A stretch of 64,000 nucleotides of DNA from Acidobacteriota bacterium (GCA_032127265.1 JAQAZP010000103.1:831-64830), one strand, 5' to 3'. Positions 1 through 10,443 are shown, numbered from the stretch's first letter. Numbers and translations are program-made. Notes: generated by a model from the sequence alone, not told the origin.

Positions 1-819
1 GTCCAGGACATCTCGAACCAACGGGTGGCCGATGCGGGTGCAGCATCAGCGGGAACCGCCTGGTATCTGGAAAGCCGTGGGGTGGTCTTCGAGAAAAACG
101 ACCCGACCAAGGCATACAACGAACCGCCGAACCGGGTGATCCGCCGGGTGACCCTGGCCCGTGAAATCCGGCGGCTGCCCATCGCACCCACCGCGGCAGC
201 GGCGCTGATCTCCGATGTGGGCCATGTGATCATCGAAACCGGTGGCCGGCTCCGCGGCTTTGACGGTCTGGCCCTGGTCTGGGACAAGCAGGGCGGGGGT
301 ACGACGAGAACCAACCGCGGCGAAGTGGACGGCGGCAGGGCCTGGGCTTCGGTGTTTGCCGGTGAAGCTGACGACTTTTCCGCCCTGGTGACCAGGGTGT
401 TTGCCACCACCCCGGAAGAGTTGCAGAACATGTCCGACATCTACGCCACTTCAGTGGATGAGCTTCCCATCCGACTACCGGACCTGGGCATCATTTACAT
501 CGACGGTGATGCGACATTCACTTCGGCCACCCCGCTCTACGGCGGCGGAGCCCTGGTGGTCAACGGCAACCTGACCCTCAGCGATAACAGTTCTTCCTAC
601 TATTCCGGACTGGTGGTGGTCAATGGGGACTATACCCAACGATCACCATCGCTGGTCAGCGGTTCGGTGATCGTACTCGGTGACAGCGACGTCCGGGGCG
701 GAATGGAGATGGCAGAAATCATCTACGAAGACGAAATCCTGAGCGTGGTACGCCAGAAACTGGGGCAGTACCGCTTTTCCCGGTCACCCTACCACGCGCC
801 CAACCGGGGGGGGATCTGA
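1..819 (+). CDS. hypothetical protein, 5'-partial (frame open to the window edge); first gene of a pilin-like operon
   Basis: Frame 1 has no stop between nt 1 and the GTG at 25, so the gene probably starts upstream of the window. Gly/Val/Asn-rich beta-like C-terminal region. Lies 40 nt upstream of two prepilin-leader genes on the same strand. Confidence 0.4.
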   Translation, partial: VQDISNQRVADAGAASAGTAWYLESRGVVFEKNDPTKAYNEPPNRVIRRVTLAREIRRLPIAPTAAAALISDVGHVIIETGGRLRGFDGLALVWDKQGGGTTRTNRGEVDGGRAWASVFAGEADDFSALVTRVFATTPEELQNMSDIYATSVDELPIRLPDLGIIYIDGDATFTSATPLYGGGALVVNGNLTLSDNSSSYYSGLVVVNGDYTQRSPSLVSGSVIVLGDSDVRGGMEMAEIIYEDEILSVVRQKLGQYRFSRSPYHAPNRGGI

Positions 820-859
820 TGAGCCCGATTACGGCCGCTGGCAAAACCGGAGAAATACA

Positions 860-3800
860 ATGAACTGGACAAGCAGAACAGGTAAACAGAAGTTGAGAAA
901 GGGTGACAGCGGCGTCTCGCTGGCTGAGATGCTGATCTCGCTCTTTCTTCTCTCGACCACGCTGATCATGATCGCCAACTACGTCGGCCTCTCCTTCACC
1001 ACCACCAAGAGTAACAAGGAGAAAGATTTCGCCACCCAGAAGGCGATCCAGATCGTCAATGAACTGCGGGCCTACGTGGAGAGCGGCAGCGAAACCCCGG
1101 CGTCGATGCTGGACAACTTCGATGACGGTGAGACCTTCAACACCATCCTCACTACCCAGCGCGGCGTGGTGGATCCCGACGATCCACTGAGTAAAAACGT
1201 TCTCGATTCCGGAAATAACTGGCACTACCTGCGTAATGTCCGGGTCACCGCCCTGCCCACCGAAAACCCGCGGGACCTGCGCGTCGTCAACATCAAACTC
1301 TACCGTGCCGAGGGCGGGGAAGCGCAGAAGGTTCTGGCCGACGTGACCACGGTGATCCGAACCTTTATCACCGACTACTTCCCACCCAGCCAGGTCTACG
1401 ACGTGTACTGCGTCGCCCTGGAGAACGTCCCCGACTGGTGGGTGCACATGTCAGCCCTGCGGCCGATGATAGAAAGCTCCTTCATCGACCTCCAGTCCCG
1501 CAACCCGGGCCTCGAGTTTCGCCTGCACTGGATCTCCCGCATGGGCTACGGACGGGACAAGCTCTACGCACCGTTCCTCAACCTGGCCGGCGGCCCGGAG
1601 GCCGCTGTGAACTGGACCTTTCACTACCCGGGCCTGATCCGCGTCTCGGACAACTTCCTCTACTACGACCCGATGACATTCCAGAGCCGGCTCAATGTGG
1701 ACGGCACGATGCAGAACGCCACGTCCTATGCCCTGGCCGACCAGTTCAATCACGCGGTCCGTTATCCCGAAGAACTGCGGATCAGGGCCGGACGACCCCA
1801 GGACACCGAGGTGAGCTACCGTGAACTGATCGAGCGGTTGAACAGTTCACCCGAGGAATTCGTCAACGCGATCATCATCAACCTCCACGGCGAACTGCTC
1901 CCCATCCCGCCGATCCGTAACTTCTCGGATGCAGCCAAGGACCCGGAAACCGACGGAACCAGCTTCGACAATTACTACAACGGGGGGAGCCGGCAGGGCA
2001 TCCGCGTGGTGACCCACCCGGAGAAGCTGGAATACCAGAACACGGATGATGTGACCCTGAGGGTTTATGCCTACGCGGACCGGCCGCTGAAACAGGACCC
2101 CCAGGCGAACTGTTTTTACAACGCTACCGGAAACGTGGACGCCGGAGACAACGTCAACATAATGGACGACATGATCGTCCTGCGTCTGCCGGGAATCGTC
2201 ATTAACGACACCTTCACCCAGGGGAATACCGGTGACCCTGACCTGTCGGTCAGCCTGATCCGCGGGGGGGCGGTGAGCTGGTGGTGCCATCCGGCCAACA
2301 ACGACCCCAATGCACCGCCCATCGACATGAACACGATGTACAACTATGTCAACATTCCGGCAAGCACGCTCAACGACCGGGAACTGACCTACTCTCCAGC
2401 CACCGACTGGATGTGTTTTCGGGTGTTCAATGTCCCGGACGATGGGGGTACACCGGAAGACGAGACTGCCGCCGTCATCTGCCTCTACAACACGCCGCTG
2501 ACCTGCCCGCAGGCAAGCGGCGCCTATGGCGCCCCCGCGGGCAATGCCAGCGGTCTGGATGTCAACGACCGGCTGTACGGCCTGGACTACATCCCCTGCC
2601 CGGTGCACAGCGATTTCATTCAGGACTTGACCGAGACATCCAACAATCCGAAGAACACGGCACGATGGATCATCACCCTCAAAAACCGGGTGATCCCCGA
2701 CAATGACAGGCTTACCGTCCAGACCCGGATCACCGACCGCGACGTGGACGTGACCAGCTGGAACCTGCTCGACGGTTCGGGCCTGGCCGTCAACCAGACC
2801 GGCGAATCGGACAACCATCCCTACAACCTCTCAGAGACCTACGCCTGGATCGGCAACGCCACCCTGCCGGCCACCGAACGTTACCAGTTGATCGGCGACC
2901 CCCGGCACAATCCGTATCTCGACGTCAAACTGCGCCACGGTTACAACTGGTATTGGATCGACAACGGGGCCATGCCGGGATACAGTGGGTTCGACCGGGC
3001 CGACTACGGCTGGAGTTCACACTATGTCGAAGTCGACTACCCGCGGGCCTGCAACCTGGTGCGCAGCGGCCTGCTGCAATCCGGCACCCTCTACACCTCG
3101 ATGACCGGTTACACCAATTACTTCATCGGTCTGGGCGGCGAAGTCGGGGCCGATGACGCCAATGGCTTTGAGGACGGCATCCCGGTAAACGGCCAACCCT
3201 ACCAGGGGTATGTGGGCAGCTACCACCGCAAGGACAAGCAGGACGGCACCCGGACCATCGAGGAGGCGGCAAACAGCGGTGACGCCAAGTGGGTCGGCCT
3301 GACCTGGCTGGGCGAGACATTTCCCGACACCGAATACCTCGCCAACTCGGTCTATCAGACCAACGGCAACCTCTCCTCGAGCCTGTTCTACCAGGTCAAA
3401 TGGAACGACCTTTCCCACTCGGCATTTGGTTGGTGCAACAAGGCGCGGACCAGGAAAACCGGCGTTCACGGGCCCGGGACCTTCTTCAATGCCAAGGGTG
3501 ACAGCAGCGGCCCGTTCAGCCATGCCTTCAACCAGGGTGCTTCGGGCACCCTGCAGCCCGAGGGCGAGGAGATGGCCGGCATCTTCCACTTCCCGCTGCC
3601 CACCAATTTTCCGGCGGCCCGGCCATTCAACCTCGATGCGCCGCCGCACCCTCCGGAATGGGACATGCCGGAGTACACCAACGTGCACAACACCAACCAG
3701 TTTCTCTCCGAGTACTACACCAATGCCACCGGAAAATACTCCAGCGCGCTGATCCAGATGCAGAGCGCAACCAATACGGAAATGGACCTGACTACCGATG

Positions 3801-4345
3801 ACTACTGCTTTGTCGTGGCCAACGGCCTCGACAAGGGAGTCTACAGCGGTGAGGGGTACTTCACCCGCTTTACCTTCATGAGCCTGATCTACGGCGTACT
3901 GCGCTCCGGTGTTCCGGGAACGGATGGTCGGATGCACCAGATCCCCCGGGTGGAAATCACCGAACCCTCGGCCGCGGACGGCCTGGAAAACCCCGGTGTG
4001 GAGACCGTGACCTGGGACACCGAGTGGTTCCGCTGGGATAACAAGAAGTATCTCGACACATACTCGGAAGGGTTCAGCGAATCCGACACCATGATCTACG
4101 CACTGAAGTACTCGCCGGACGATGGCGCCACCTGGCGCTACGTGCAGGACCGATCACTGACCGAGGCCGGCGAACGCCCGGACGACGCTCACGAATGTTC
4201 GAGTTCATCCCAGGAGACCTGGAATCTCACAAGCGCGACAGACTACCCCCAGGGGAACTACCTGCTTCGCCTGGAGGCATTCAGGGAACTCATCCCGAGC
4301 CACTACTCATATCACCAGCGCCGAGTTCTCATCGACCGCTATTGA
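860..4345 (+). CDS. giant (1161 aa) protein with a type IV prepilin-like N-terminal cleavage/methylation domain (pseudopilin-like)
   Basis: N-terminus ...KGDSG|VSLAEMLISLFLLSTTLIMIANYV: Gly at -1, Glu at +5 and a hydrophobic helix form a prepilin peptidase signal. The remaining roughly 1100 aa show no recognisable domain. Confidence 0.6.
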   Translation: MNWTSRTGKQKLRKGDSGVSLAEMLISLFLLSTTLIMIANYVGLSFTTTKSNKEKDFATQKAIQIVNELRAYVESGSETPASMLDNFDDGETFNTILTTQRGVVDPDDPLSKNVLDSGNNWHYLRNVRVTALPTENPRDLRVVNIKLYRAEGGEAQKVLADVTTVIRTFITDYFPPSQVYDVYCVALENVPDWWVHMSALRPMIESSFIDLQSRNPGLEFRLHWISRMGYGRDKLYAPFLNLAGGPEAAVNWTFHYPGLIRVSDNFLYYDPMTFQSRLNVDGTMQNATSYALADQFNHAVRYPEELRIRAGRPQDTEVSYRELIERLNSSPEEFVNAIIINLHGELLPIPPIRNFSDAAKDPETDGTSFDNYYNGGSRQGIRVVTHPEKLEYQNTDDVTLRVYAYADRPLKQDPQANCFYNATGNVDAGDNVNIMDDMIVLRLPGIVINDTFTQGNTGDPDLSVSLIRGGAVSWWCHPANNDPNAPPIDMNTMYNYVNIPASTLNDRELTYSPATDWMCFRVFNVPDDGGTPEDETAAVICLYNTPLTCPQASGAYGAPAGNASGLDVNDRLYGLDYIPCPVHSDFIQDLTETSNNPKNTARWIITLKNRVIPDNDRLTVQTRITDRDVDVTSWNLLDGSGLAVNQTGESDNHPYNLSETYAWIGNATLPATERYQLIGDPRHNPYLDVKLRHGYNWYWIDNGAMPGYSGFDRADYGWSSHYVEVDYPRACNLVRSGLLQSGTLYTSMTGYTNYFIGLGGEVGADDANGFEDGIPVNGQPYQGYVGSYHRKDKQDGTRTIEEAANSGDAKWVGLTWLGETFPDTEYLANSVYQTNGNLSSSLFYQVKWNDLSHSAFGWCNKARTRKTGVHGPGTFFNAKGDSSGPFSHAFNQGASGTLQPEGEEMAGIFHFPLPTNFPAARPFNLDAPPHPPEWDMPEYTNVHNTNQFLSEYYTNATGKYSSALIQMQSATNTEMDLTTDDYCFVVANGLDKGVYSGEGYFTRFTFMSLIYGVLRSGVPGTDGRMHQIPRVEITEPSAADGLENPGVETVTWDTEWFRWDNKKYLDTYSEGFSESDTMIYALKYSPDDGATWRYVQDRSLTEAGERPDDAHECSSSSQETWNLTSATDYPQGNYLLRLEAFRELIPSHYSYHQRRVLIDRY

Positions 4346-4384
4346 GTAGAGGAGTCAGCAACGGGACCGCGAAAGGCAACGACC

Positions 4385-5461
4385 ATGAACGGGATCAAAA
4401 TAAAGCGTCCGGAAAAACTGAAACGGGATGGCGGGGTTTCGCTGATCGAGTTGATTATCGTTCTCTTCCTTTTCGCCGTCGTCGGAATCATGACCTATGG
4501 CATCCTGGTGGGAACCGCTCGCACCAACCTCTTCCTCGAATCCCACAACGACCTGGGCGAGTTCGGCCAGCGGCTGGTCAACCAGATCAAGACCGAGGCG
4601 TTGCAGTCGAAACGCCTGTTGGACAACAGCACCGCAGGCAACGAATACCTTGCGGTCCTGGATCTGACAGGCGCACCGAATCCGCTGGACAGCACCACAC
4701 TGCCCACCATCGAGGTCTCGGGATCATTTTCACCGAGCATGGCCGACGACACGGAAAACCCATTTGTCGCCGCCAGCGTGGGCAATGCCCTGCTCTTTGT
4801 CGAATCGATTGCCCCTTACGTGGACGCAGCCAACAACGCCCGGATCGACATCTACCGCTTCAATTTCTACTATCTTTCGAACAACAGCGATCTCAGCATC
4901 GCCGGCAAGGATCACACCCTCGACATCATGCATTGGCAAAGCATCCAGTTCGCCAACTACGATCAGCTCAAGCTGCTCGAGAATCACGACACCAGCGGGG
5001 CCGCTCTGGCGGCTGCGCTCAGCGGCCTGCAGACTGCCGACCCGGCGACGGAACGGGAAGCAATCACCTGTGCCTGGGCCCCGGCCAAACCGGCGGGCAG
5101 GGCTTTCTACAACGTCAATGGAGCGACATCGCTCCCCGATGACCCTGACAGCAACTACACCATCGGGATGGGTTCGATCCGACAGGCAATCGCCAACCTC
5201 AACGAAGTGCGCATCGGCGGCGACATGCCGTACACCGTGGCTTTCAACTCCGGTGAAAGTTTCCCGATACTCGAGCCGGTTCCGCTCTTTGCCACAGCCG
5301 ACGAAACGGGAGACGGGTTCCCCAACGGCCTGGAGACGATGATTGCCGGTCCATCCGGCGGCCGCAAGATTTTCATCAGGCTTGTGCTGGTGGCTGACAA
5401 CGGCGGGGGCAATCTCGCGGCACAGGAAAACGTGGTGCTGATCAACGCAATGGACTTCTAG
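4385..5461 (+). CDS. minor pilin / pseudopilin-like protein (358 aa) with a prepilin-type N-terminus
   Basis: N-terminus ...RDGG|VSLIELIIVLFLFAVVGIMTYG (G at -1, E at +5). Starts 39 nt after the previous gene, same strand. Confidence 0.6.
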   Translation: MNGIKIKRPEKLKRDGGVSLIELIIVLFLFAVVGIMTYGILVGTARTNLFLESHNDLGEFGQRLVNQIKTEALQSKRLLDNSTAGNEYLAVLDLTGAPNPLDSTTLPTIEVSGSFSPSMADDTENPFVAASVGNALLFVESIAPYVDAANNARIDIYRFNFYYLSNNSDLSIAGKDHTLDIMHWQSIQFANYDQLKLLENHDTSGAALAAALSGLQTADPATEREAITCAWAPAKPAGRAFYNVNGATSLPDDPDSNYTIGMGSIRQAIANLNEVRIGGDMPYTVAFNSGESFPILEPVPLFATADETGDGFPNGLETMIAGPSGGRKIFIRLVLVADNGGGNLAAQENVVLINAMDF

Positions 5462-5528
5462 GCGGATCCCGAGGGAGCCTGGCTTCGCTGAGCCTCTTCC
5501 TCTCCGTGTTATATCTTGTTTGAAAGCA

Positions 5529-5566
5529 AGGCCCGGCCGGGATCAATCCCGACCGGGCCTTTTCAT
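5529..5566. terminator. GC-rich hairpin between convergent genes, likely a bidirectional intrinsic terminator
   Basis: ggcccggccggga-tcaa-tcccgaccgggcc followed by TTTTC. Sits between the convergent pilin-like gene and pckA. Confidence 0.4.
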
Positions 5567-5578
5567 TCCGTCATCGAC

Positions 5579-7207
5579 TCAACCAGCCTGGGGTCCCGCC
5601 GCCTTCACCTCGTCGGTCACCCTCTCCTCGTACTGGGTGAAGTTCTCGCGGAACCGGCCGGCCAGTTCGGCAGCCTGGCGGTCGTAAGCCTCGCCGTCGG
5701 CCCAGGTGCCCCGGGGGTCGAGCACCTCCCTGGGCAGCCCGGGGCAGTCCAGCGGCACGTCGAACCCGAACACCGGGTCCTTACGGAACTCGGCACCATC
5801 CAGTGCACCGACCATGGCCGCCTTGAGCAGCGCCCGGGTGTGGCCGATGGGCATGCGGTGCCCGGTGCCGTACGGCCCGCCGGTCCAGCCGGTATTCACC
5901 AGCCAGCAGTTGCTGCCGTGGGCCTCGATCTTCTCGCTGAGCAGCCGGGCGTATTCAAAGGGGTGGAGAAGGAGGAACGGCGCCCCGAAACAGGCGCTGA
6001 ATGTGGCCTGGGGCTCTTTGCCCATCCCCCTTTCGGTGCCGGCCACTTTCGCCGTGTAGCCGGAGATGAAGTGATACATCACCTGGTCCGGCGTGAGTCG
6101 GGACAGCGGCGGCATCACGCCGAAAGCGTCGGCGGTGAGCAGGATCACGTTCTTCGGGTGGCCGGCCATCCCCTCCCTGAGCGCCCCGGGGATGTGGCTG
6201 ATGGGGTAGGCGGCGCGGGTGTTCTCGGTGAGCGTGGAATCCTCGAGGTCCACCCGGCGGCTCCAGCAGTCGAAGCCCACGTTCTCCAGGACGGTGCCGA
6301 AACGGCGGGTGCAGGCGTAGATATCCGGCTCGGCCGCGGGGTCGAGGCGGATGACCTTGGCGTAACAGCCTCCCTCGAAGTTGAAGACCCCGCGGTCGCT
6401 CCAGCCATGCTCGTCGTCGCCGATCAGGGCCCGCTCGGGGTCGGCGGAAAGGGTGGTCTTGCCGGTGCCGGAGAGGCCGAAGAAAACGGCCGAGTCGCCG
6501 TCCGCACCGACATTGGCCGAACAGTGCATCGGCAGCACCTCCTGGCCGGGCAGCAAGAAGTTCATTACGCTGAAGATCGATTTCTTGATCTCCCCGGCGT
6601 AGCTGGTGCCGCCGATGAGCACCAGTTTGCGGGCCAGGTTGACGATGACGAAAACTTCGGAGCGGGTCCTGTCCAGTTCGGGGTTGGCGATGAAGTTCGG
6701 CACGTGGAGCACGGTGAACTGCGGCTCGTGGTCGTGCAGCGCATCCGGCTGGGCCCGAATGAACATGTTGCGGGCAAAGAGATTGTGCCAGGCCGTTTCG
6801 TTGATCACCCGGATCGGCATGCGGAACTGCGGGTCGGCGCCGGCATAGCAGTCCTGGACAAACAGGTCCTTGCCCTGGAGATAGGCCATCAACCGATGGA
6901 ACATCTGGTCGAAGGTCTCCACGGGGTAGGGCTGGTTGGCCGCGTTCCACCAGACCTGGCCCGAGGTCGTGGGCTCGTCGACGATATACTTGTCGCCGGC
7001 CGAACGGCCGGTGTGCTGGCCGGTGCGCACCACCACCGGGCCAAGGTGCGAGATCGAGCCCTCGCTGCGGCGGACGATCTCCTCGTAGAGCCCGGGGGTT
7101 CGCAGGTTCCAGTGCACCTGGTGCACGTTGCGGATCCCGTGGGTTTCCAGGCCGTGCTTGCTGACGTATTTTTCAGGCCGCATGGCAGTCCTCCTTGTAT
7201 CCACCAC
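5579..7207 (-). CDS. pckA: phosphoenolpyruvate carboxykinase (ATP)
   Basis: Full-length match by eye to ATP-PEPCK, including the kinase-1a motif GLSGTGKTTLS and the expected length of about 540 aa. Confidence 0.95.
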   Translation of the reverse strand: MVDTRRTAMRPEKYVSKHGLETHGIRNVHQVHWNLRTPGLYEEIVRRSEGSISHLGPVVVRTGQHTGRSAGDKYIVDEPTTSGQVWWNAANQPYPVETFDQMFHRLMAYLQGKDLFVQDCYAGADPQFRMPIRVINETAWHNLFARNMFIRAQPDALHDHEPQFTVLHVPNFIANPELDRTRSEVFVIVNLARKLVLIGGTSYAGEIKKSIFSVMNFLLPGQEVLPMHCSANVGADGDSAVFFGLSGTGKTTLSADPERALIGDDEHGWSDRGVFNFEGGCYAKVIRLDPAAEPDIYACTRRFGTVLENVGFDCWSRRVDLEDSTLTENTRAAYPISHIPGALREGMAGHPKNVILLTADAFGVMPPLSRLTPDQVMYHFISGYTAKVAGTERGMGKEPQATFSACFGAPFLLLHPFEYARLLSEKIEAHGSNCWLVNTGWTGGPYGTGHRMPIGHTRALLKAAMVGALDGAEFRKDPVFGFDVPLDCPGLPREVLDPRGTWADGEAYDRQAAELAGRFRENFTQYEERVTDEVKAAGPQAG

Positions 7208-7233
7208 CCCGTGCTGGTGGTTTAATGATCCAT

Positions 7234-9441
7234 TCAGTTGAGGTAGCCAAGGGCCCGCAGGTGGGCGCGGGTTTCGGCATCGATCTCGGCCTTCTCACCG
7301 CTGGTTTCCAGGATGGAAGCCAGTTCCCGCTGACGTGTCAGGTGATCCATCAGCAGTCCCTTGAGTTCCAGCCTCAGGTCAGGCCTTTCGTAGATCAGGT
7401 TCCGCTGTTCGCCAGGGTCCTCCAGCAGGTCGTACAGCTCCTCCCGGCCGGTCACCTCGCTGAGCACGAACTTGTACCGCCCATTGCTCACAGCCTTCTT
7501 TTCACCGAAGTAGGCCATCGCCTCGTAAAAGGCCGGGCGGTCCTCCGGCTCCTCCTCGCCGCGGATCACCGGCAGCAGGCTAAAACCCTCGGCGTAGTCC
7601 AGGCCGGGCAGTCCGAGGAAATCGAGGATGGTGGGCGCCAGGTCCACCAGGCTGACCTGGGCTGCGATACTCCGGTTCCGCTCCAGCTGTTCCTCGTCGG
7701 CCGGACGGATGATCAACGGCACGTTGACCAGCTCGGTGAAGCAGGTGTGGCCATGGGAGACACTGTCGTGCTCCCAGAACTCCTCTCCATGGTCGCTAGT
7801 GAAGATAATCATCGTGTTGCGGGTCAGTCCCAACTGCCTCACCCGGTCGAGGAATTGGCCGAGGACCATGTCAGTGTATTCCACCTCCCGGTTGTAGAGA
7901 TCCTCGATATGCCGGCGATCCTCGCGGTTCAGAACCCTGCCGGTGCGATAGGAGACGACCATCCCGGAGTTGAGCCGCTGGATCTGGTGCCCCTGGTAGT
8001 CCCGGCCCGCATCGGCAATCCAGCGGTCCCGGGCCACGTAGGGTTCGTGAGGATCGATCACATGGAGCCAGAAAAAGAAATTGCTCGAGCGATTGGCCTC
8101 GAGAAACTCCAGTGCGTATTGCAGGTTGAACGCACAGTTGACCGACTCATCCTGACCCTCGTCCTGCACCGGGTTCACCTTCCACCAAACCGGTTTGACG
8201 GCACGATACCAGAGGTGACCGGTCCAGTAGGCGGCCCGCAAGCGGTGTTTCATGTGATCGAAAACGGCGAAGCCCTGGTGAACGCCGAAAGGCTCCAGCA
8301 GCCAGCCGTTGGAAACCACCGCACCAGTGTTGTAGCCCCCGGCAGCCACCTTTTCGGCCACCGTTTCGCGCATGCTGTCCAGCTGATCCTGCATCGCCAG
8401 CACCCCGTGGGCCGTGGGGTACATCGAGGTGAGCATGGAGCAGATTGAGGACAGGGTCCAGGAAGACTGGGCCTGGGCACGGGAAAAGAGGATGCCCTCC
8501 TCGGCCAGCCGATCAAAGTTCGGGGTATTGCAGGGATCGTTGCCCGAGCTGGAGATCCGGTCGGCCCGCAGAGTGTCCACCGAGACAAGTATTACATTGC
8601 GGTCCAGAACACCTTTACCAAGCCCATCCACCCGGACCTCCGTTTCGGCCGGCCTGGCGAGATAGGGCAGAAACACGGGCAGGGTGAGACACAGAACCAC
8701 CAGCAGGGACAGGTGGCGCACCAGCGGATACCGCGACGATCCCTTGAGATAGCGGGGCGAGAGCCAGGCTGCGGTGAGCCAGACCGTAGCGGCCAGGAGC
8801 AGCAGGAACAGTGCCGCCACGCCAAAAAAGAGCAGGGAGAAACTGAATTTGAGATACACCCGGTTGACCCACAACGCGGCCGGGGTGAGCAGGAGCACCC
8901 ACAGCGACAGAGCCACGAGGAATGACTTGACCCGGTGGCCCCAGGCCCGTGTACGCACGGTGCGGACCAGGAATCCCACGGCCAGCCCGGTGAGTATGCC
9001 GGAAAAGACCAAACGGAGGTTGAAGAGCAGCTTCTGGGGATCGATCAACAGGGCCAGGCCGAAGCTGTTGTTGAGCAGGAAGAAAACGAAGACGGTGTTC
9101 CCCAGGCCGGCCGTCAGGCCGCTGAACAGGGGAATGAAGCCCTCCGTTGTGCTGAAGAACCGGAACCAGCGGCCGAAGGCCAGATGCAGGGCCAGCGCAC
9201 CCAGCAGGCCCAGCAGGCCCCAGAGCAGCATTTCGGCAAAAATCGGTGTGAAGTAGATCTGAACCAGCTGGGCCACGCGGGTCAGGGGGACGTCGACCGA
9301 GGTACCCGTCTTGGCCGTGGCCGCGAGAAAGCCCTCCTGGAAGCCGATACAGCCTCCGATCACCACGCCCACCTTCCAACCAAACCCGGCGAACCACTTC
9401 CAGCCGGCATCACTTTTCATTGATCTCAACTCCCCTTCCAT
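7234..9441 (-). CDS. membrane-anchored sulfatase / LTA-synthase-like protein (alkaline phosphatase superfamily)
   Basis: N-terminal multi-TM region, then a sulfatase-type domain (VSVDTLRADR, DPCNTPNFDRL, TSDHGEEF). C-terminus ends ...LRALGYLN. Confidence 0.75.
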   Translation of the reverse strand: MEGELRSMKSDAGWKWFAGFGWKVGVVIGGCIGFQEGFLAATAKTGTSVDVPLTRVAQLVQIYFTPIFAEMLLWGLLGLLGALALHLAFGRWFRFFSTTEGFIPLFSGLTAGLGNTVFVFFLLNNSFGLALLIDPQKLLFNLRLVFSGILTGLAVGFLVRTVRTRAWGHRVKSFLVALSLWVLLLTPAALWVNRVYLKFSFSLLFFGVAALFLLLLAATVWLTAAWLSPRYLKGSSRYPLVRHLSLLVVLCLTLPVFLPYLARPAETEVRVDGLGKGVLDRNVILVSVDTLRADRISSSGNDPCNTPNFDRLAEEGILFSRAQAQSSWTLSSICSMLTSMYPTAHGVLAMQDQLDSMRETVAEKVAAGGYNTGAVVSNGWLLEPFGVHQGFAVFDHMKHRLRAAYWTGHLWYRAVKPVWWKVNPVQDEGQDESVNCAFNLQYALEFLEANRSSNFFFWLHVIDPHEPYVARDRWIADAGRDYQGHQIQRLNSGMVVSYRTGRVLNREDRRHIEDLYNREVEYTDMVLGQFLDRVRQLGLTRNTMIIFTSDHGEEFWEHDSVSHGHTCFTELVNVPLIIRPADEEQLERNRSIAAQVSLVDLAPTILDFLGLPGLDYAEGFSLLPVIRGEEEPEDRPAFYEAMAYFGEKKAVSNGRYKFVLSEVTGREELYDLLEDPGEQRNLIYERPDLRLELKGLLMDHLTRQRELASILETSGEKAEIDAETRAHLRALGYLN

Positions 9442-9587
9442 CCCGGCTGCCCATGGCCGGCAGCGGTCGCATATCAGCGCATCAACATGTCACGGGACAA
9501 GGGAAAAAGTATAGACCGTGCTCTATCAGGGATGCAATGGCGGCTTTGCTGAGAATTCTGTTGGCGGATGCTTCATTCAAACGAAAT

Positions 9588-10373
9588 CTACAGCAGGGAG
9601 ACCGGGTCCTGACCAAAGCAGGCCTTGAGCTGCTCGTAGAGCTCAGGGTGGTGGTGCTGCAGCGGCACCGGCCGGACAAAGAAATACTCGGTGAGCACGG
9701 CAAAGAACTCGGCGGGATGAGTGGCCGCGTAGGGATCGAGGAAGGTGGGCCGGCCCCACTCGACCTGCTGTTCCAGGTGATGGTATTCGCGGCCCAACAC
9801 CTCGGCCCACCGTCGGCGTGCCGCCGGGGAGGGAAGGAACGGCGCCCCGTCCACCGGCCCGTTCTCGGCGTCCAGTTGGTGGGCGAACTCGTGATACACC
9901 ACGTCAAGGCAACCCCGGGGGGCCATATCACCGCTCAGCACCTCGTCCCAGGCCAGCACCACCGCCCCGGATGCCCAGGACTCCCCCAGCCTGGAATCCT
10001 GACCCTCGAAAACCGTGCCGTCCGACATGATCTCGCCTCCCGGGGCCAGATACTCCGACGGATAGACCAGCACGGTGCGCAGCTTGGAAAAGATATCCCC
10101 CTCCCGGCCCACCAGCAGCACCGCGGCCCGGCCGGCCACGGTGAGCCGCACCTCGTCGGTGATTTCCTGACCGCCGCACCCCTCGAAGTCGATTCCGTCA
10201 AGAAAGACCTGGACCAGCCCCGCGAACCGCTGCCGGTGATCCGGCGGCAACCGGCGGCAGTACGGCACGGCGCGCTGCACCACGGCACGCTGGGCCTCGT
10301 CCAGCGGTGTCTTCAGCAGTCGATTGCGGCGGCATCCCATGATCCGGAACATGGCTTCTCCCCTCCCGCCCAC
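9588..10373 (-). CDS. mtfA: MtfA-like zinc-dependent peptidase (M90 family)
   Basis: HEFAH zinc motif, a downstream PAEFFAVLTEYFF segment, and a length of about 260 aa as expected for MtfA/YeeI. Confidence 0.75.
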   Translation of the reverse strand: MGGRGEAMFRIMGCRRNRLLKTPLDEAQRAVVQRAVPYCRRLPPDHRQRFAGLVQVFLDGIDFEGCGGQEITDEVRLTVAGRAAVLLVGREGDIFSKLRTVLVYPSEYLAPGGEIMSDGTVFEGQDSRLGESWASGAVVLAWDEVLSGDMAPRGCLDVVYHEFAHQLDAENGPVDGAPFLPSPAARRRWAEVLGREYHHLEQQVEWGRPTFLDPYAATHPAEFFAVLTEYFFVRPVPLQHHHPELYEQLKACFGQDPVSLL

Positions 10374-10443
10374 GGACAGGGCGACGATGCTATTTTAGCA
10401 CCCTCCGGTCCTTCCGTCCTTTCGCGGGTCGACCACCGGTCGT

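Noticed and set aside
860-4345. Calling the 1161-aa protein PilY1 or a T2SS GspK
   Set aside because: No calcium-binding, vWA, beta-propeller or GspK-specific motifs could be recognised by eye. Only the prepilin-type N-terminus is supportable, so it is left as pilin-like and unknown.
5516-7225. Long plus-strand ORF (569 aa) overlapping pckA
   Set aside because: Antisense to a confidently identified gene. Gly/Val/His/Pro-rich composition typical of the wrong strand in high-GC DNA. Similar antisense artefacts were ignored at 719-1447, 1847-2818, 3017-3937, 4195-5142, 7195-8448, 9420-10472, 10456-12678, 13161-14030, 14004-14720, 15061-17808, 18267-19250, 20552-21814, 23033-24037, 24257-25096, 25752-26387, 27740-28405, 34798-35907, 35859-36539, 36466-37368, 37419-38276, 38298-39146, 39432-40205, 40202-41626, 42331-43050, 43875-44816, 48405-49463, 50372-51568, 50965-52407, 54416-55192, 55753-56358, 56435-58186, 59847-61472, 62414-63121 and 63175-63906.
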